From positions 4,704,001 through 4,768,000 of the forward strand of contig OY764216.1 in the NCBI GenBank assembly GCA_963668315.1: a DNA stretch of 64,000 nucleotides, written 5' to 3'. The notes beneath the pieces are model-generated. The model saw only the letters and a program-made list of their open reading frames with translations. It was not told the origin of the DNA and did no database searches. Position 1 is the stretch's first letter, and the number at the start of each line of letters is the position of its first letter. Shown piece by piece: positions 9,235-19,159 of the stretch. The stretch is from Spirochaetia bacterium (GTDB lineage: Bacteria; Spirochaetota; Spirochaetia; DSM-2461). Both the position numbers and the translations under genes were made by a program.

Positions 9235-9702
9235 TTACCGGAAAAAACCATCCTTCGTATAGAGAATTTCTTCAAGCCGGTACATATGCCAGTATTCATG
9301 GAATATCATGTGCCTGACAATAATCGGAATGGAGTAGTCGGTGTACTCCTTGTGATCGGCTCTCCTCTCCAGCTCTTTACGGCTGCAGCTTTCAATTTCT
9401 TCGATCTGCTTTTTCCTGAAGCGGCGGTATTTACGTAAAGCCTCTTCGATTCCCAGATTTTCTATATCGTCTTCCTCCGGAAAATAGGGTTCAATAACCG
9501 GGTTCTCACTCTCCCTGATGAGCTTTATTCTGCCGAGCAGCATCTCCTGAACCTGTACGATATGAAGAAAGTGCTCTCTGATTGTCCAGGCCGTTTCATC
9601 TCTTCTGACATCAAGCCTGTCCTCCGGGACATTATCCATAAACTTCGCGATAATATTCGGGATATGTTTTAAAGTTTCCAACTCTTCCGTAATTTCCATC
9701 AT
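9235..9702 (-). CDS. DinB/YfiT-like metal-binding protein
   Basis: WTIREHFLH and HEYWH, giving the His triad of the four-helix-bundle family. SD AAGGAG. Confidence 0.8.
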   Translation of the reverse strand: MMEITEELETLKHIPNIIAKFMDNVPEDRLDVRRDETAWTIREHFLHIVQVQEMLLGRIKLIRESENPVIEPYFPEEDDIENLGIEEALRKYRRFRKKQIEEIESCSRKELERRADHKEYTDYSIPIIVRHMIFHEYWHMYRLEEILYTKDGFFR

Positions 9703-9866
9703 GAGACTTCTCCTTGCGCAGTTGTCAGATAATAATGAGAGTAGCCATGCTCCCTTCCCATCCGGCTGTCGGATAAAACATTATCCCCAATATATTTTTT
9801 TTACAAGACTCCCTCGATCATTTGAAATCGGATACGTCTTCTATATAATTTATAGAGGGTAACAAT

Positions 9867-11348
9867 ATGCAGAAACAGTTCAGCCTGATCATCTTCCTAT
9901 TGCTTCTATCGGTAATTATCTTTATTACCTACAATGGCTATGATATAGGCAAAAAGAACAGCGAAAACCAGTACAATATCCTGATAAGCGACCTGAACAG
10001 GGATACGACGGACTTTACCTCATGGATCAGAGATAAAAAGGAAATTCTCAATACGGCCAAAGATGTGGTTGATAATTTCAGCTACGACGAAATCACCGCC
10101 TGGAAGACCTTGAATCCCTACCTGAATATCAATAATGATGACCCGGATATATCCCGGATATTTATCGGCCTGGAGACGGGCAAGTTCATTACCGGCGGCC
10201 AATGGATCCCTCCGGAGGACTACGATCCGAGAGAGCGAATATGGTACAGAGAAGCGGTGGAAGCGGGAAAAACGATCATCTCCCCCGTCTATATAGACCT
10301 TGAATCGGGAGACAGGACCGTAACGATCAGTTCCCCCCTTTATCTGGAGAACCGTTTTGCCGGCGTGATTTCGGCCGACGTGTTTATAAACGATATCAAC
10401 AACTGGCTGACCAGACAGATAAACAGAGAGAATATCTATACCTACCTCATGGATTCGGAGGGGACCATAATCATTCATACCCTCAGGCCCGAACTTGTGG
10501 GCACCAACGGCAGCCGGGACGTTGAGTTGTACGAAACCTCCTTCAAAAAAAAGGAGACCATGGATGATTACTTCCGGCAGGCCAGGGAAACCAACGAGAT
10601 TGTCAGAATGGAATATGTCATCAACGGCATGAGAACCAGGGGAATTATCAGGAAAATTGAAGACGGCGACTGGTTCCTGGCCGTCTCGACAAGGGATGAT
10701 GGAAGCATTCTCCATTTCCTTGAACAGAACAGCCGAAGCATCCTGTTCAATATTCTGATGCTGGGGATTATCCTATCATTGCTTCTCCTGGTGATCCGTA
10801 TCAAACATGAGCTGGAGGAGAAAAACCAGATTCTGACCATGGATAACGAAAGGGATTTTCTTACGGGTATCTTCAACCGCCGGTACTTCAATCTTTACAT
10901 GGATAATCTCTGGAAATCCAGAAAAGACACCGACAGGACGAGTATTCTCATGATAGATATCGATCACTTCAAAGGATACAATGACACCTACGGCCATATC
11001 AGGGGTGACGAAGTTCTGAAATCGGTTACCAGCGCCATCAATGGAACGATAAGAAGACAGGATATTTTTGCCCGGTACGGAGGGGAGGAGTTTGTACTGA
11101 TCCTCACGATGGTATCTCCTGAGGATGCCAGGAAAATAGGGGAGAAAATTCTGGAAGCTGTCTATGAAAGGAATATTGAAAACACCTCATCCCGCATGGG
11201 CCGCATTACCATAAGCATCGGAGCAGCCTCCCTGGAAAGGGAAGAGCAGATTGATGTCCGCCAATTCATCAACAGGGCGGATCAGGCTCTGTACAGGGCA
11301 AAGAAAACGGGACGTAACAGAATTGTCGTCTTTCCCGGAGAGAATTGA
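9867..11348 (+). CDS. Membrane sensor diguanylate cyclase (dCache + GGDEF)
   Basis: Two TM helices flank a Cache domain (YDPRERIWY); DFLTGIFNRR, IDIDHFKGYNDTYGH and ARYGGEEF follow. Confidence 0.93.
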   Translation: MQKQFSLIIFLLLLSVIIFITYNGYDIGKKNSENQYNILISDLNRDTTDFTSWIRDKKEILNTAKDVVDNFSYDEITAWKTLNPYLNINNDDPDISRIFIGLETGKFITGGQWIPPEDYDPRERIWYREAVEAGKTIISPVYIDLESGDRTVTISSPLYLENRFAGVISADVFINDINNWLTRQINRENIYTYLMDSEGTIIIHTLRPELVGTNGSRDVELYETSFKKKETMDDYFRQARETNEIVRMEYVINGMRTRGIIRKIEDGDWFLAVSTRDDGSILHFLEQNSRSILFNILMLGIILSLLLLVIRIKHELEEKNQILTMDNERDFLTGIFNRRYFNLYMDNLWKSRKDTDRTSILMIDIDHFKGYNDTYGHIRGDEVLKSVTSAINGTIRRQDIFARYGGEEFVLILTMVSPEDARKIGEKILEAVYERNIENTSSRMGRITISIGAASLEREEQIDVRQFINRADQALYRAKKTGRNRIVVFPGEN

Positions 11349-11394
11349 TTCATAGAAAACCTGATTTCACATTCCATTCGGTGCAATAATTAAT

Positions 11395-11506
11395 TTGACA
11401 TATAGGGATATCGGGTTTAATATATTTCCTATGCACACGTTTGCGATATTATATTTACTTTCTTTCAAAGAATATAACAAATTTACAAGATAACGTGTGC
11501 ATAGGA
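11395..11506 (+). promoter_or_regulatory. Sigma70 promoter and two LacI-type operators
   Basis: TTGACA (11395), 17 bp, TAATAT. A perfect 15-bp inverted pair TCCTATGCACACGTT (11427-11441) / AACGTGTGCATAGGA (11492-11506) carries a LacI-like ACGT core in each copy. Confidence 0.7.
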
Positions 11507-11513
11507 TGAATCG

Positions 11514-12536
11514 TTGAAGGTAACCATAAAGGATATTGCTGCAGTGGCCGGGGTCAGTCATTCCACCGTCTCCCGCGCTTTAAATGACAGTCCCCAGATA
11601 AGCTCCGCGACCAAAGAAAAAATCAAAGATATTGCCAAAACAATGAACTTTGAATTCAATGCGGGAGCGCGAAGTCTGAGCGGGCGCAAAACGGGGAATA
11701 TAGCCGTTGTCTACCAGGCGATACACGATCAGTTCGGCTCCTCCCTCTATGTCAGTCAGCTTTTTATTGAATTGCGCCATTTTCTTGAGAGGATGGACAT
11801 GGATGTCATACTGCTGGAAGGCTACCACCCGGAAACCGGCTCCAGCAACATAAGCCGTCTGCTGAGGCAGCAGAAGGTGGATGGGTTCCTGATAGTCCAT
11901 GACCTGATTAAGCAAAGGGATTACGAAAGCATCAAACAGTCCGGTCTTCCCATCGTACAGCTCCATCTGCCCCCGGTCTACTGCCAGAAGGAGGAACTGG
12001 ATTACTTCTTCACCGATCATTTCATGGGAGGCAGACTGGCCACGGAACATCTGATTAAAAGGGGCTGCAGAAGAATCCTGACCGTGTCAACGACGGACTC
12101 CGAATCGGAGGAGTTCCGACAGAGGACCCTGGGTTATAAACAGGCCCTGAAGGATTTCGGGATTCCCTTTGAGGAAGACCTGGTTTTTGCCGCCGACAGT
12201 TCCTATCAGAAGGGATACAACCTTTTCAGAATTATACCGGAAATTCTGGCCAATGTGGACGGGATCTTCTTCCAGACCGATATTCAAGCCTTCGGTTTTC
12301 TCAGCGCGGCGCGGGAAAGGGGTCTCAGCATCCCGCATGATATGAAAGTCATCGGTTATGATGATGCCCCGATTTGCGAGCTGGCGAATCCTCCCCTCAC
12401 AACGGTTCATCAGCCCAGAAGAAAACTGGCGGAACTGGCCTGCGAGAGAATCGTGGATCTCATCGCCAAGCGTCACAACGAATCAAGGCATCAGGAGGTG
12501 CTTTTCCCCCACATTGTGGTGCGTGAATCGACTTAG
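11514..12536 (+). CDS. LacI-family transcriptional regulator
   Basis: TIKDIAAVAGVSHSTVSRALN HTH; IGYDD and PPLTTVHQP. Confidence 0.95.
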   Translation: MKVTIKDIAAVAGVSHSTVSRALNDSPQISSATKEKIKDIAKTMNFEFNAGARSLSGRKTGNIAVVYQAIHDQFGSSLYVSQLFIELRHFLERMDMDVILLEGYHPETGSSNISRLLRQQKVDGFLIVHDLIKQRDYESIKQSGLPIVQLHLPPVYCQKEELDYFFTDHFMGGRLATEHLIKRGCRRILTVSTTDSESEEFRQRTLGYKQALKDFGIPFEEDLVFAADSSYQKGYNLFRIIPEILANVDGIFFQTDIQAFGFLSAARERGLSIPHDMKVIGYDDAPICELANPPLTTVHQPRRKLAELACERIVDLIAKRHNESRHQEVLFPHIVVREST

Positions 12537-12593
12537 TTATGAAATAAACTGCGTTGGGCAGTTTTTATAGAAATTACTTATAAGGAGTAAAAA

Positions 12594-13868
12594 ATGAAAA
12601 AAATCATGTTGCTTTTGCTGGCAGTTTTGCTAACCGGAATGGTTTATGCCAACGGCCAGAAGGATGATGGAGCCAAAGGAAACGGCGATGTCACGGTTTC
12701 AATGTTTCAGCTGAAAGTTGAAATTAAAGACGCACTGGACAGCTATGCCGCCCAGTATTCCGCAGCCACCCCCGGAGTAACCGTATCAGTGGAAACCCTC
12801 GGCGGCGGAGCCGACTACGGCGGAGCCATGAAAGCGAAAGCACAGGCCGGAGAAATGCCCGATATTTTCCAGATAGAAGGTATGGGCGGCTACAATCTCT
12901 GGAAAGATTATATCGCCAGCATGGACGGCGAAGCCTGGGTCAAAGATACCGATCTCGGTTTTGTCGTTGATGGTAAGGTTTACGGTTTTCCCGTAGCCAT
13001 AGAGGGATACGGTCTTGCCTACAATGCGGACATACTGGCAAAAGCCGGCATCGACCCCGCCTCCCTCACGACCAGAAGCGCCTACGAAAAGGCATTCAAG
13101 ACCCTTGAATCCAAGAAGGCTGAACTCGGAATCGATGCTCCCGTAGCCATGGCTGCTTCCGTGGCCGGCGGTATGTGGTGGGTAGCGGCTCAGCACAATC
13201 TGGCCTGTTACTGGGGCGGCGGTCTCGATTTTACCGATACCAGCGTCATTGAAGATGCACTGGCCGGAAAAATGGACGAACCCCGTTTCCGCGAATATGC
13301 CAAATACCTGCAGCTCCTTTATAAATATGCAGATCAGAACATCCTGCTGAACGGAAGCTACGACGATCAGGTCGGCTCCTTCGCCCAGGGACGGACCGCT
13401 TTCCTCCATCAGGGGAACTGGGTTGATCCCAACATGAAGCAGCTCGATGTAACCTTCAAAATGGGCTACGCTCCCCACGCCTTTACCGAGACTCCTCAGA
13501 CCGGTCTCTACCTTTTCGCTCCCAGCTGGTACGTGGTTAACGGCATGAGCCCCAGGGCAGAACAGGCCAAGGCTTTCCTCGCCGCCATGGCGACCACCAG
13601 TGAAGGCCAGGACTACATCGTCAACAAAGCCGGAATGATCCCCGCCTTCAAATCGGTAACCCTCAAGCCTTCAGGACAGCTGAGCCAGGCTTTGATGGCC
13701 GCCAACGCCAAGGGCGGCAACTACGGCGTATTCTTCGGAATGCTCCCCGACGGTGCCGGCCAGAATGTTTTCGGCCCGATCTTTGATCTCTTTGCCCAGA
13801 ACCCCGATGATATCGATCAGTTTGTCGCTGATATGAAAGATGCCATCGCCGGTCTTCCTAACATGTAA
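12594..13868 (+). CDS. Carbohydrate ABC transporter solute-binding protein (MsmE-like)
   Basis: Signal peptide ...ANGQKD; FQLKVE, DGKVYGFPVAIEGYG and QGNW; lies upstream of two permeases. Confidence 0.9.
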   Translation: MKKIMLLLLAVLLTGMVYANGQKDDGAKGNGDVTVSMFQLKVEIKDALDSYAAQYSAATPGVTVSVETLGGGADYGGAMKAKAQAGEMPDIFQIEGMGGYNLWKDYIASMDGEAWVKDTDLGFVVDGKVYGFPVAIEGYGLAYNADILAKAGIDPASLTTRSAYEKAFKTLESKKAELGIDAPVAMAASVAGGMWWVAAQHNLACYWGGGLDFTDTSVIEDALAGKMDEPRFREYAKYLQLLYKYADQNILLNGSYDDQVGSFAQGRTAFLHQGNWVDPNMKQLDVTFKMGYAPHAFTETPQTGLYLFAPSWYVVNGMSPRAEQAKAFLAAMATTSEGQDYIVNKAGMIPAFKSVTLKPSGQLSQALMAANAKGGNYGVFFGMLPDGAGQNVFGPIFDLFAQNPDDIDQFVADMKDAIAGLPNM

Positions 13869-13876
13869 TTAAATAA

Positions 13877-13918
13877 TAAAAACGCGCAGTCCTGAAAAAC
13901 TGCGCGTTTTTATCTTTT
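13877..13918 (+). terminator. Intercistronic hairpin / intrinsic terminator after the solute-binding protein gene
   Basis: 14-bp stem TAAAAACGCGCAGT / ACTGCGCGTTTTTA followed by a T-rich tract. Confidence 0.8.
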
Positions 13919-13945
13919 ATTAAGAAATATCAGGAGTTCCCCAGG

Positions 13946-14833
13946 ATGAACAATAAACGTTTAGTTAATATCCTTTTTCTCTTTCCCACGGTTTTCGCGT
14001 TCATAATGATAATCGTGATACCCTTTTTCTTCGGGCTTTACTACTCCATGACAGACTGGAACGGCGTAAGTCCCATCATTCACTTTGTCGGATTTGAACA
14101 CTATGCCAAACTGTTCTCCATGCCGGACTTTGCACACTCCTTCGTCATCACCGTCGCCTTCACCGTGATAAATGTCATACTTGTCAATGTGGTGAGTTTT
14201 ACCCTGTCCCTCATCGTAACCAGCAAGCTGAGACTCCGCAATTTCTACCGGGCCGGATTTTTCGTCCCCTATCTGATAGGCGGGATTGTTTTAGGTTATA
14301 TATGGCAGTTCCTTTTTAATAATATCTTCGTCTCCCTGGGAAAAAGCCTCTCCATCGGCCTGCTTCAGGCTTCTTTCCTCAGCCGTCCCGAGACGGTCAT
14401 CTGGGCCATGTCGGTTGTTAATACCTGGCAGTATTCGGGTTATCTGATGCTTATCTATGTCGCCTCCATCCAGAGCATTCCCGCGTCCCTAATGGAAGCC
14501 GCCGAAGTCGACGGTGCCCGGTATATCACCAGGGTCATCCATATTCTCATTCCCATGATGGCCAATGCCTTCACTATCTCTCTTTTCCTGACTCTGACCA
14601 CATCGTTCAAACAGTATGATATGAACTTTACATTAACAAACGGAGGACCGGCCACCCGCTTCATGGGAGCCCCGGTCAAGGCCAGCCAGCTCCTGGCCAT
14701 GAACATATTCGATACGGCCACGGCCAATAAGATGGCCGAAGCCCAGGCCAAGGCGGTGGTTCTCTTCCTGGCCCTGGTCATCGTCGCCCTTATACAGGTG
14801 GCGGTAAACAAGAAAAAAGAGGTGGAAATGTGA
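13946..14833 (+). CDS. Carbohydrate ABC transporter permease (MalF-like)
   Basis: Six TM helices; EAAEVDGA (EAA motif) and LTNGGP. Confidence 0.93.
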   Translation: MNNKRLVNILFLFPTVFAFIMIIVIPFFFGLYYSMTDWNGVSPIIHFVGFEHYAKLFSMPDFAHSFVITVAFTVINVILVNVVSFTLSLIVTSKLRLRNFYRAGFFVPYLIGGIVLGYIWQFLFNNIFVSLGKSLSIGLLQASFLSRPETVIWAMSVVNTWQYSGYLMLIYVASIQSIPASLMEAAEVDGARYITRVIHILIPMMANAFTISLFLTLTTSFKQYDMNFTLTNGGPATRFMGAPVKASQLLAMNIFDTATANKMAEAQAKAVVLFLALVIVALIQVAVNKKKEVEM

Positions 14834-15750
14834 TGAACCAAATTGGTACAGCAAATAAATTAAAGCCGGTCTCCCCGCAGAAAGGTGTGGGCGGAACATC
14901 GCGGAAGGTTTCAAGAATCGCTCTGGAAGCCGTAACGATACTGCTCTTTATCCTTTTTATGATTCCCTTTGCCATGGTTGTCCTTAATTCGGCCAAAACA
15001 TCAAAGGAGATCATTTTTGACGCGGTAGCCCGCCCTTCCGACTGGGGACAGATATGGACGAACATATCCCTTATCTTCAACAACAAAACGGTTGATTATT
15101 TCGGAGCCTTCATAGACAGTTTCCTCATTACCTTTTTTTCTCTTCTGATCATTGTGGTCTTCTCCTCCATGGCCGCCTGGGTCCTTGTCAGAAATCATAA
15201 GAAATGGTCCACCTGGATTTTCATGATTTTCGTCGCCGCCATGGTTATCCCCTTCCAGGTTCTTATGTACCCCCTGGTCAGATGGATGAGGGTACTGGGT
15301 AATTTTCTGAACTTCAAACTTCTGGGAACGATACCGGGGATTGTCTTTGCCTATCTAGGATTCGGATCTTCCCTTTCCATTTTCATTTTCCACGGTTTTA
15401 TAAAGAGTATTCCCTATGAACTGGAAGAAGCCGCCACCATAGACGGCTGTTCCTATCAGAGGACCTTCTTCCAGATAGTCTTCCCCCTTTTGAAGCCGAT
15501 TATCGTAACCGTGCTGATTCTGAACGGAATCTGGATCTGGAACGATTATCTCCTTCCCCTGCTGGTTCTGGGATCAAACGGAGTGGTTCAGACGATCCCC
15601 ATAGCCGTAACGGCCTTCGCCGGAGCCTACCTGAAACAGTGGGACCTGATCCTCACCTCGACCCTCCTGGCCATTCTTCCCGTCATTGTTCTCTATCTGT
15701 TCGCCCAGCGCTACATCATCAAAGGCATGGTGGACGGAGCCATCAAGTAG
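14833..15750 (+). CDS. Carbohydrate ABC transporter permease (MalG-like)
   Basis: IPFQV, ELEEAATIDG, WNDYLLP and QRYIIKG. Confidence 0.93.
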   Translation: MNQIGTANKLKPVSPQKGVGGTSRKVSRIALEAVTILLFILFMIPFAMVVLNSAKTSKEIIFDAVARPSDWGQIWTNISLIFNNKTVDYFGAFIDSFLITFFSLLIIVVFSSMAAWVLVRNHKKWSTWIFMIFVAAMVIPFQVLMYPLVRWMRVLGNFLNFKLLGTIPGIVFAYLGFGSSLSIFIFHGFIKSIPYELEEAATIDGCSYQRTFFQIVFPLLKPIIVTVLILNGIWIWNDYLLPLLVLGSNGVVQTIPIAVTAFAGAYLKQWDLILTSTLLAILPVIVLYLFAQRYIIKGMVDGAIK

Positions 15751-15758
15751 AAATCAGT

Positions 15759-15784
15759 AAGCCCCGGACATCCGGGGCTTTCTT
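15759..15784 (+). terminator. Intrinsic terminator
   Basis: AAGCCCCGGA-CA-TCCGGGGCTT followed by TCTT. Confidence 0.75.
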
Positions 15785-15924
15785 ATATGCCAGAACATGA
15801 CGCTTCCCCTCTCCTCATAACCGATAAAAAACGATTTTAACCGAAAACAGGACTTTAGTACGGTGTCCGTTTTCTCCCCTTCTCCTACAATAAATTTTCA
15901 GAAAATGAAAAAGAGGAAGAGAAG

Positions 15925-16530
15925 ATGAGAAGATTCATGATTTTATTCACATTCGCGGTCAGCTTTTTTCCCATGGAGCTATTTGCTCAGGAAGAATCGG
16001 AATTCAAGGATATTTATGTGGAGGCGGGAGCCAGCGCCGGACTCTGGCTCAGCGGACCGTCGGATGTCTGGTTCAACGGCGACTGGCATACAAAGAGCAC
16101 GTCCCCTCTGATTAAGGCGGATGTCGTGGTCTATCTGGTGGACTATTTCTATCTGGGCTCGTCCCTGAATTTTGCCCCCTCCTACTCATTCGACAATATC
16201 TATACCGACGCCAGCGCCAGCTTCTTTGAATTCGACGCCCTGCTGGGAATACGTTTTTATCTGAGCGACAAGACCGTTTTGAAAACAGGCGTCGAGGTGG
16301 GAAGCCGCCATGCCTGGGGAGACTATACGAGATCCCAGGTCGACGGGGTCGGCGTTAATCTGAATATAGAACTCCAGCGCAGCTTCAAAGATTTCATCCT
16401 GGTATTCAATCCGGGTTTTCTCAGCCAGGTCACCGGTTCCGAGGAGTACTACGGAAATTACTATTTCCTTGACTGGGCCCCGATCTTCTATCTGAATGTC
16501 GGAGCGGCTTTCAGTCTTATGGAAAAGTAG
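15925..16530 (+). CDS. Exported protein, probable small outer-membrane beta-barrel
   Basis: Signal peptide ending LFA-Q; alternating hydrophobic/aromatic strands; C-terminal strand FYLNVGAAF. Confidence 0.55.
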   Translation: MRRFMILFTFAVSFFPMELFAQEESEFKDIYVEAGASAGLWLSGPSDVWFNGDWHTKSTSPLIKADVVVYLVDYFYLGSSLNFAPSYSFDNIYTDASASFFEFDALLGIRFYLSDKTVLKTGVEVGSRHAWGDYTRSQVDGVGVNLNIELQRSFKDFILVFNPGFLSQVTGSEEYYGNYYFLDWAPIFYLNVGAAFSLMEK

Positions 16531-16537
16531 CGGGGAT

Positions 16538-17759
16538 TCATATCAGGTTGAAACCGGAGCTCAGATTGTACAGCTCTATTTTGTTGTTTATTCCCAGTTT
16601 GTTATAGATATTTGTCAGGTGTCCTTTCACTGTTCTTTCCGAAAGGAACATTCTGTCGGCTATCTCTTTATTCGTCAGTCCTGATAGAAGCAGAACAATA
16701 ACTTCGGCCTGCCGAGATGTCAGGCCGAATTGTTTCTGGAAGTGTTCGATTCCCGGGACTTCAGAGCCGACAATCAATACACCCAACGGCTCCTCAAAGC
16801 GATCCGGGACTGTTTTCATTTTGATATCCAGAGGGCAAAGGGACTCCCTTCCCGACAGGAAAATCCGGAAAAACTCCTCCCTGCCCGTTCCCTCGAACGC
16901 CGCATCGATAAATCCGTCCATCCTGTCAAAACCGTCGATTTTCCCCTTCAGGTCACTGAAACAATCAGGCATGCCATCCAGAAGAGCACGGCCCTTTCGG
17001 TTCAGGGTTATAACTTTTCTGTTACCGTCCACAAGCATGATCAATTCGTTGACCCCATCGAGAATATCGGGACTGACCAGATTCGGGGTCAACTGTATGA
17101 ACCGGTAGCGGAGGATTATGTAAACCAGGGCAATGAACCAGATGAGCGTGGTAATAGGCGACAGAGCTGGCTTCCCGTACCGGGCGGCAATAAGATCCAC
17201 GATCCAGGCCGCCATAACGGCAAGAAGGGCTGAAATAATAAAAAGAAGGGCCTGCTTTTTTTCCCTCTGGCTCCTGGTTCTTCTATACCAGCTGAAGACC
17301 AGAGCGATGGAGGCCAGATTATAGAAAAAAACGGTAAATTCCAGAAGCATAAACCAGAACCCCGTGGGAAAACCTTTTACAATGGCATTATGGAAAAGAT
17401 TCATATAGATAATAAGAGCGGGAAGAACCGAAATCGCGGCGACGACCAGATATTTCTTCCTCCCCTGGGGATATTTTCCCGTGAAAATAAGAAAAAATCT
17501 TAAAATGAGCAGAACAAAACCGATCTGGGCGGTATAGCTGATTTTAGTCCAGAAGCGAATCAATTCGTCGCTGAACCGGCCGTAACCGAAAATGGATGAA
17601 AAAGCCCAGAGTGAGAGCAGAAGACAAACCCAGAAAAAACTGCGACTCAGCACAGAACTCCCGTCGCGGTATAATAGAAAAAGCCCCAGATTGATATAGA
17701 GAATCGAGGTAAGCAGAAAAACGAAACTGTATACGGTCAGATCGAAGCCCCCGCAGCAT
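16538..17759 (-). CDS. Membrane-bound regulator (HisKA_7TM-like + PAS-like + LuxR HTH); 5' end disrupted at a G5 tract
   Basis: Multiple TM helices and a LuxR HTH (GLTSRQAEVIVLLLSGLTNKEIADRMFLSERTVKGHLTNIYNKL). The frame stays open upstream of 17653, encoding another TM helix, back to the C5 tract at 17748-17752. Confidence 0.8.
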
Positions 17760-17817
17760 AGAAGTAATCAATAATATATATCAATTCCTCTAATAAAACT
17801 ATTTAACGGGGATATCC

Positions 17818-18258
17818 CTATTTGAATGCTTCTCCTGGCAGCACCAGTTTATATCCGGGACGGACGCCCCACTGGTGAAAAAGTCCCTGGTTGACTTCCA
17901 GGGCGTACATGGCGGGACCGGCGGAGGGTACGGGAGACAGATCAAGGGGCTCCATATCTTCTATATTCAGAATAACCCCCTCCTTGTCCATATAGGCGAT
18001 GGACAGGGGAATAAGAGTATTTTTCATCCAGAAATTACGGGGTGCCTCCTCCTCAAAAATAAAGAGCATCCCCCTGTCGGCATCCATCTCTTCCCGGTTC
18101 ATCAGGCCGGTCTGCCTCGCGCCGGCGGTTCTCGCCAGCTCGACGGTCAGCTCATGCCCCTTGATTTTCATGGAGGCCTCTTCCAGCCTTCCGCGGGAGG
18201 CGCAGGAAATCAGCGCGGCTAAAACGACAAGATGCAGGATAAGTATTTTGCGGTGCAT
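17818..18258 (-). CDS. DUF192 family lipoprotein
   Basis: Lipobox-like LISC; VELART...GLMNR, GMLFIF, FWMKNTLIPLSIAY and YALEVN. Confidence 0.9.
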   Translation of the reverse strand: MHRKILILHLVVLAALISCASRGRLEEASMKIKGHELTVELARTAGARQTGLMNREEMDADRGMLFIFEEEAPRNFWMKNTLIPLSIAYMDKEGVILNIEDMEPLDLSPVPSAGPAMYALEVNQGLFHQWGVRPGYKLVLPGEAFK

Positions 18259-18263
18259 GTAGG

Positions 18264-18818
18264 TTAAAACTCCTCGGCGAATTCTTTACGGGATGTCTCA
18301 CGGAAACTGTCCCTGACACGGCTCTCATCCAGGGACGCCTCAAAGGAGACGCGGTCCAGATACTTGACGGTGAGGGGATATTCCAGGGACAGAATGGTAT
18401 CGTCCGAATACCAGGCGGCGAACTGGGGATTCATATCATCCGGCTCACCGTACTTTTTGACAAGTCGTGAATAGATAGTAAAATAATCGATATACTCCCG
18501 GTCCATTTCCAGAATGATGATAAACAGCTTATCCTCCCGGAACTGAAGCCAGGCTCTGTCTATGAATCCTGTCCCCCGGCTGTCTATGATGTTTTCGTTG
18601 GGATTATTGAACATGGTCACTTCCGCTTCGCCCCGGTAGGCGAAATAACTGTCCTTCAGAAGGGCTTCCTTGGCCTCTTCCAGCCCCATCCCCAGGTAAA
18701 GGTCGCGATAGACACCTTCGACGGGGTCGAAACTCCCCTCCTCCGGCGCCCCTGTCTCCTGGGCTCCGAGAAATGAGATAAGCAATAAAAATACCGGGAG
18801 AAAATACCAGTTCTTCAC
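18264..18818 (-). CDS. Exported hypothetical protein
   Basis: Signal peptide (FLLLISFLGA-Q); co-oriented within the operon. Start uncertain. Confidence 0.65.
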   Translation of the reverse strand: MKNWYFLPVFLLLISFLGAQETGAPEEGSFDPVEGVYRDLYLGMGLEEAKEALLKDSYFAYRGEAEVTMFNNPNENIIDSRGTGFIDRAWLQFREDKLFIIILEMDREYIDYFTIYSRLVKKYGEPDDMNPQFAAWYSDDTILSLEYPLTVKYLDRVSFEASLDESRVRDSFRETSRKEFAEEF

Positions 18819-18856
18819 GTTTATATTGTCGGCTCCTTTTTTTCGGGATAAAGCGA

Positions 18857-19159
18857 TTATAACCACAGGGACAGCAGAAAAAACAGCAGTCCGGCCAGCA
18901 GGAGAATCCCCACGACGAAGAAAAGTGGCGGCATATCCAGAATCGGTTTGTGCCTTGAATCATTCCGACCGGGAGAAGGATCAGCCCTGTCCTCAAGGTA
19001 TCCGCAGGCAGGACACCCTCCGGCGAACTCACTCTCCTCGCCGGAATAGCCGCATCGGGGACAGAGAACCGCTCCGAAGTAACGCCCGCAGGAGGGGCAT
19101 TTCACCGCATTGCGGGCCACTTTTTTTCCGCAGTGATTGCAATAGAAACTTCTTGCCAT
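18857..19159 (-). CDS. Double zinc-ribbon membrane protein
   Basis: Four CxxC pairs (CNHC, CPSC, CPRC, CPAC) and a C-terminal TM helix; the start overlaps the upstream stop. Confidence 0.8.
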   Translation of the reverse strand: MARSFYCNHCGKKVARNAVKCPSCGRYFGAVLCPRCGYSGEESEFAGGCPACGYLEDRADPSPGRNDSRHKPILDMPPLFFVVGILLLAGLLFFLLSLWL

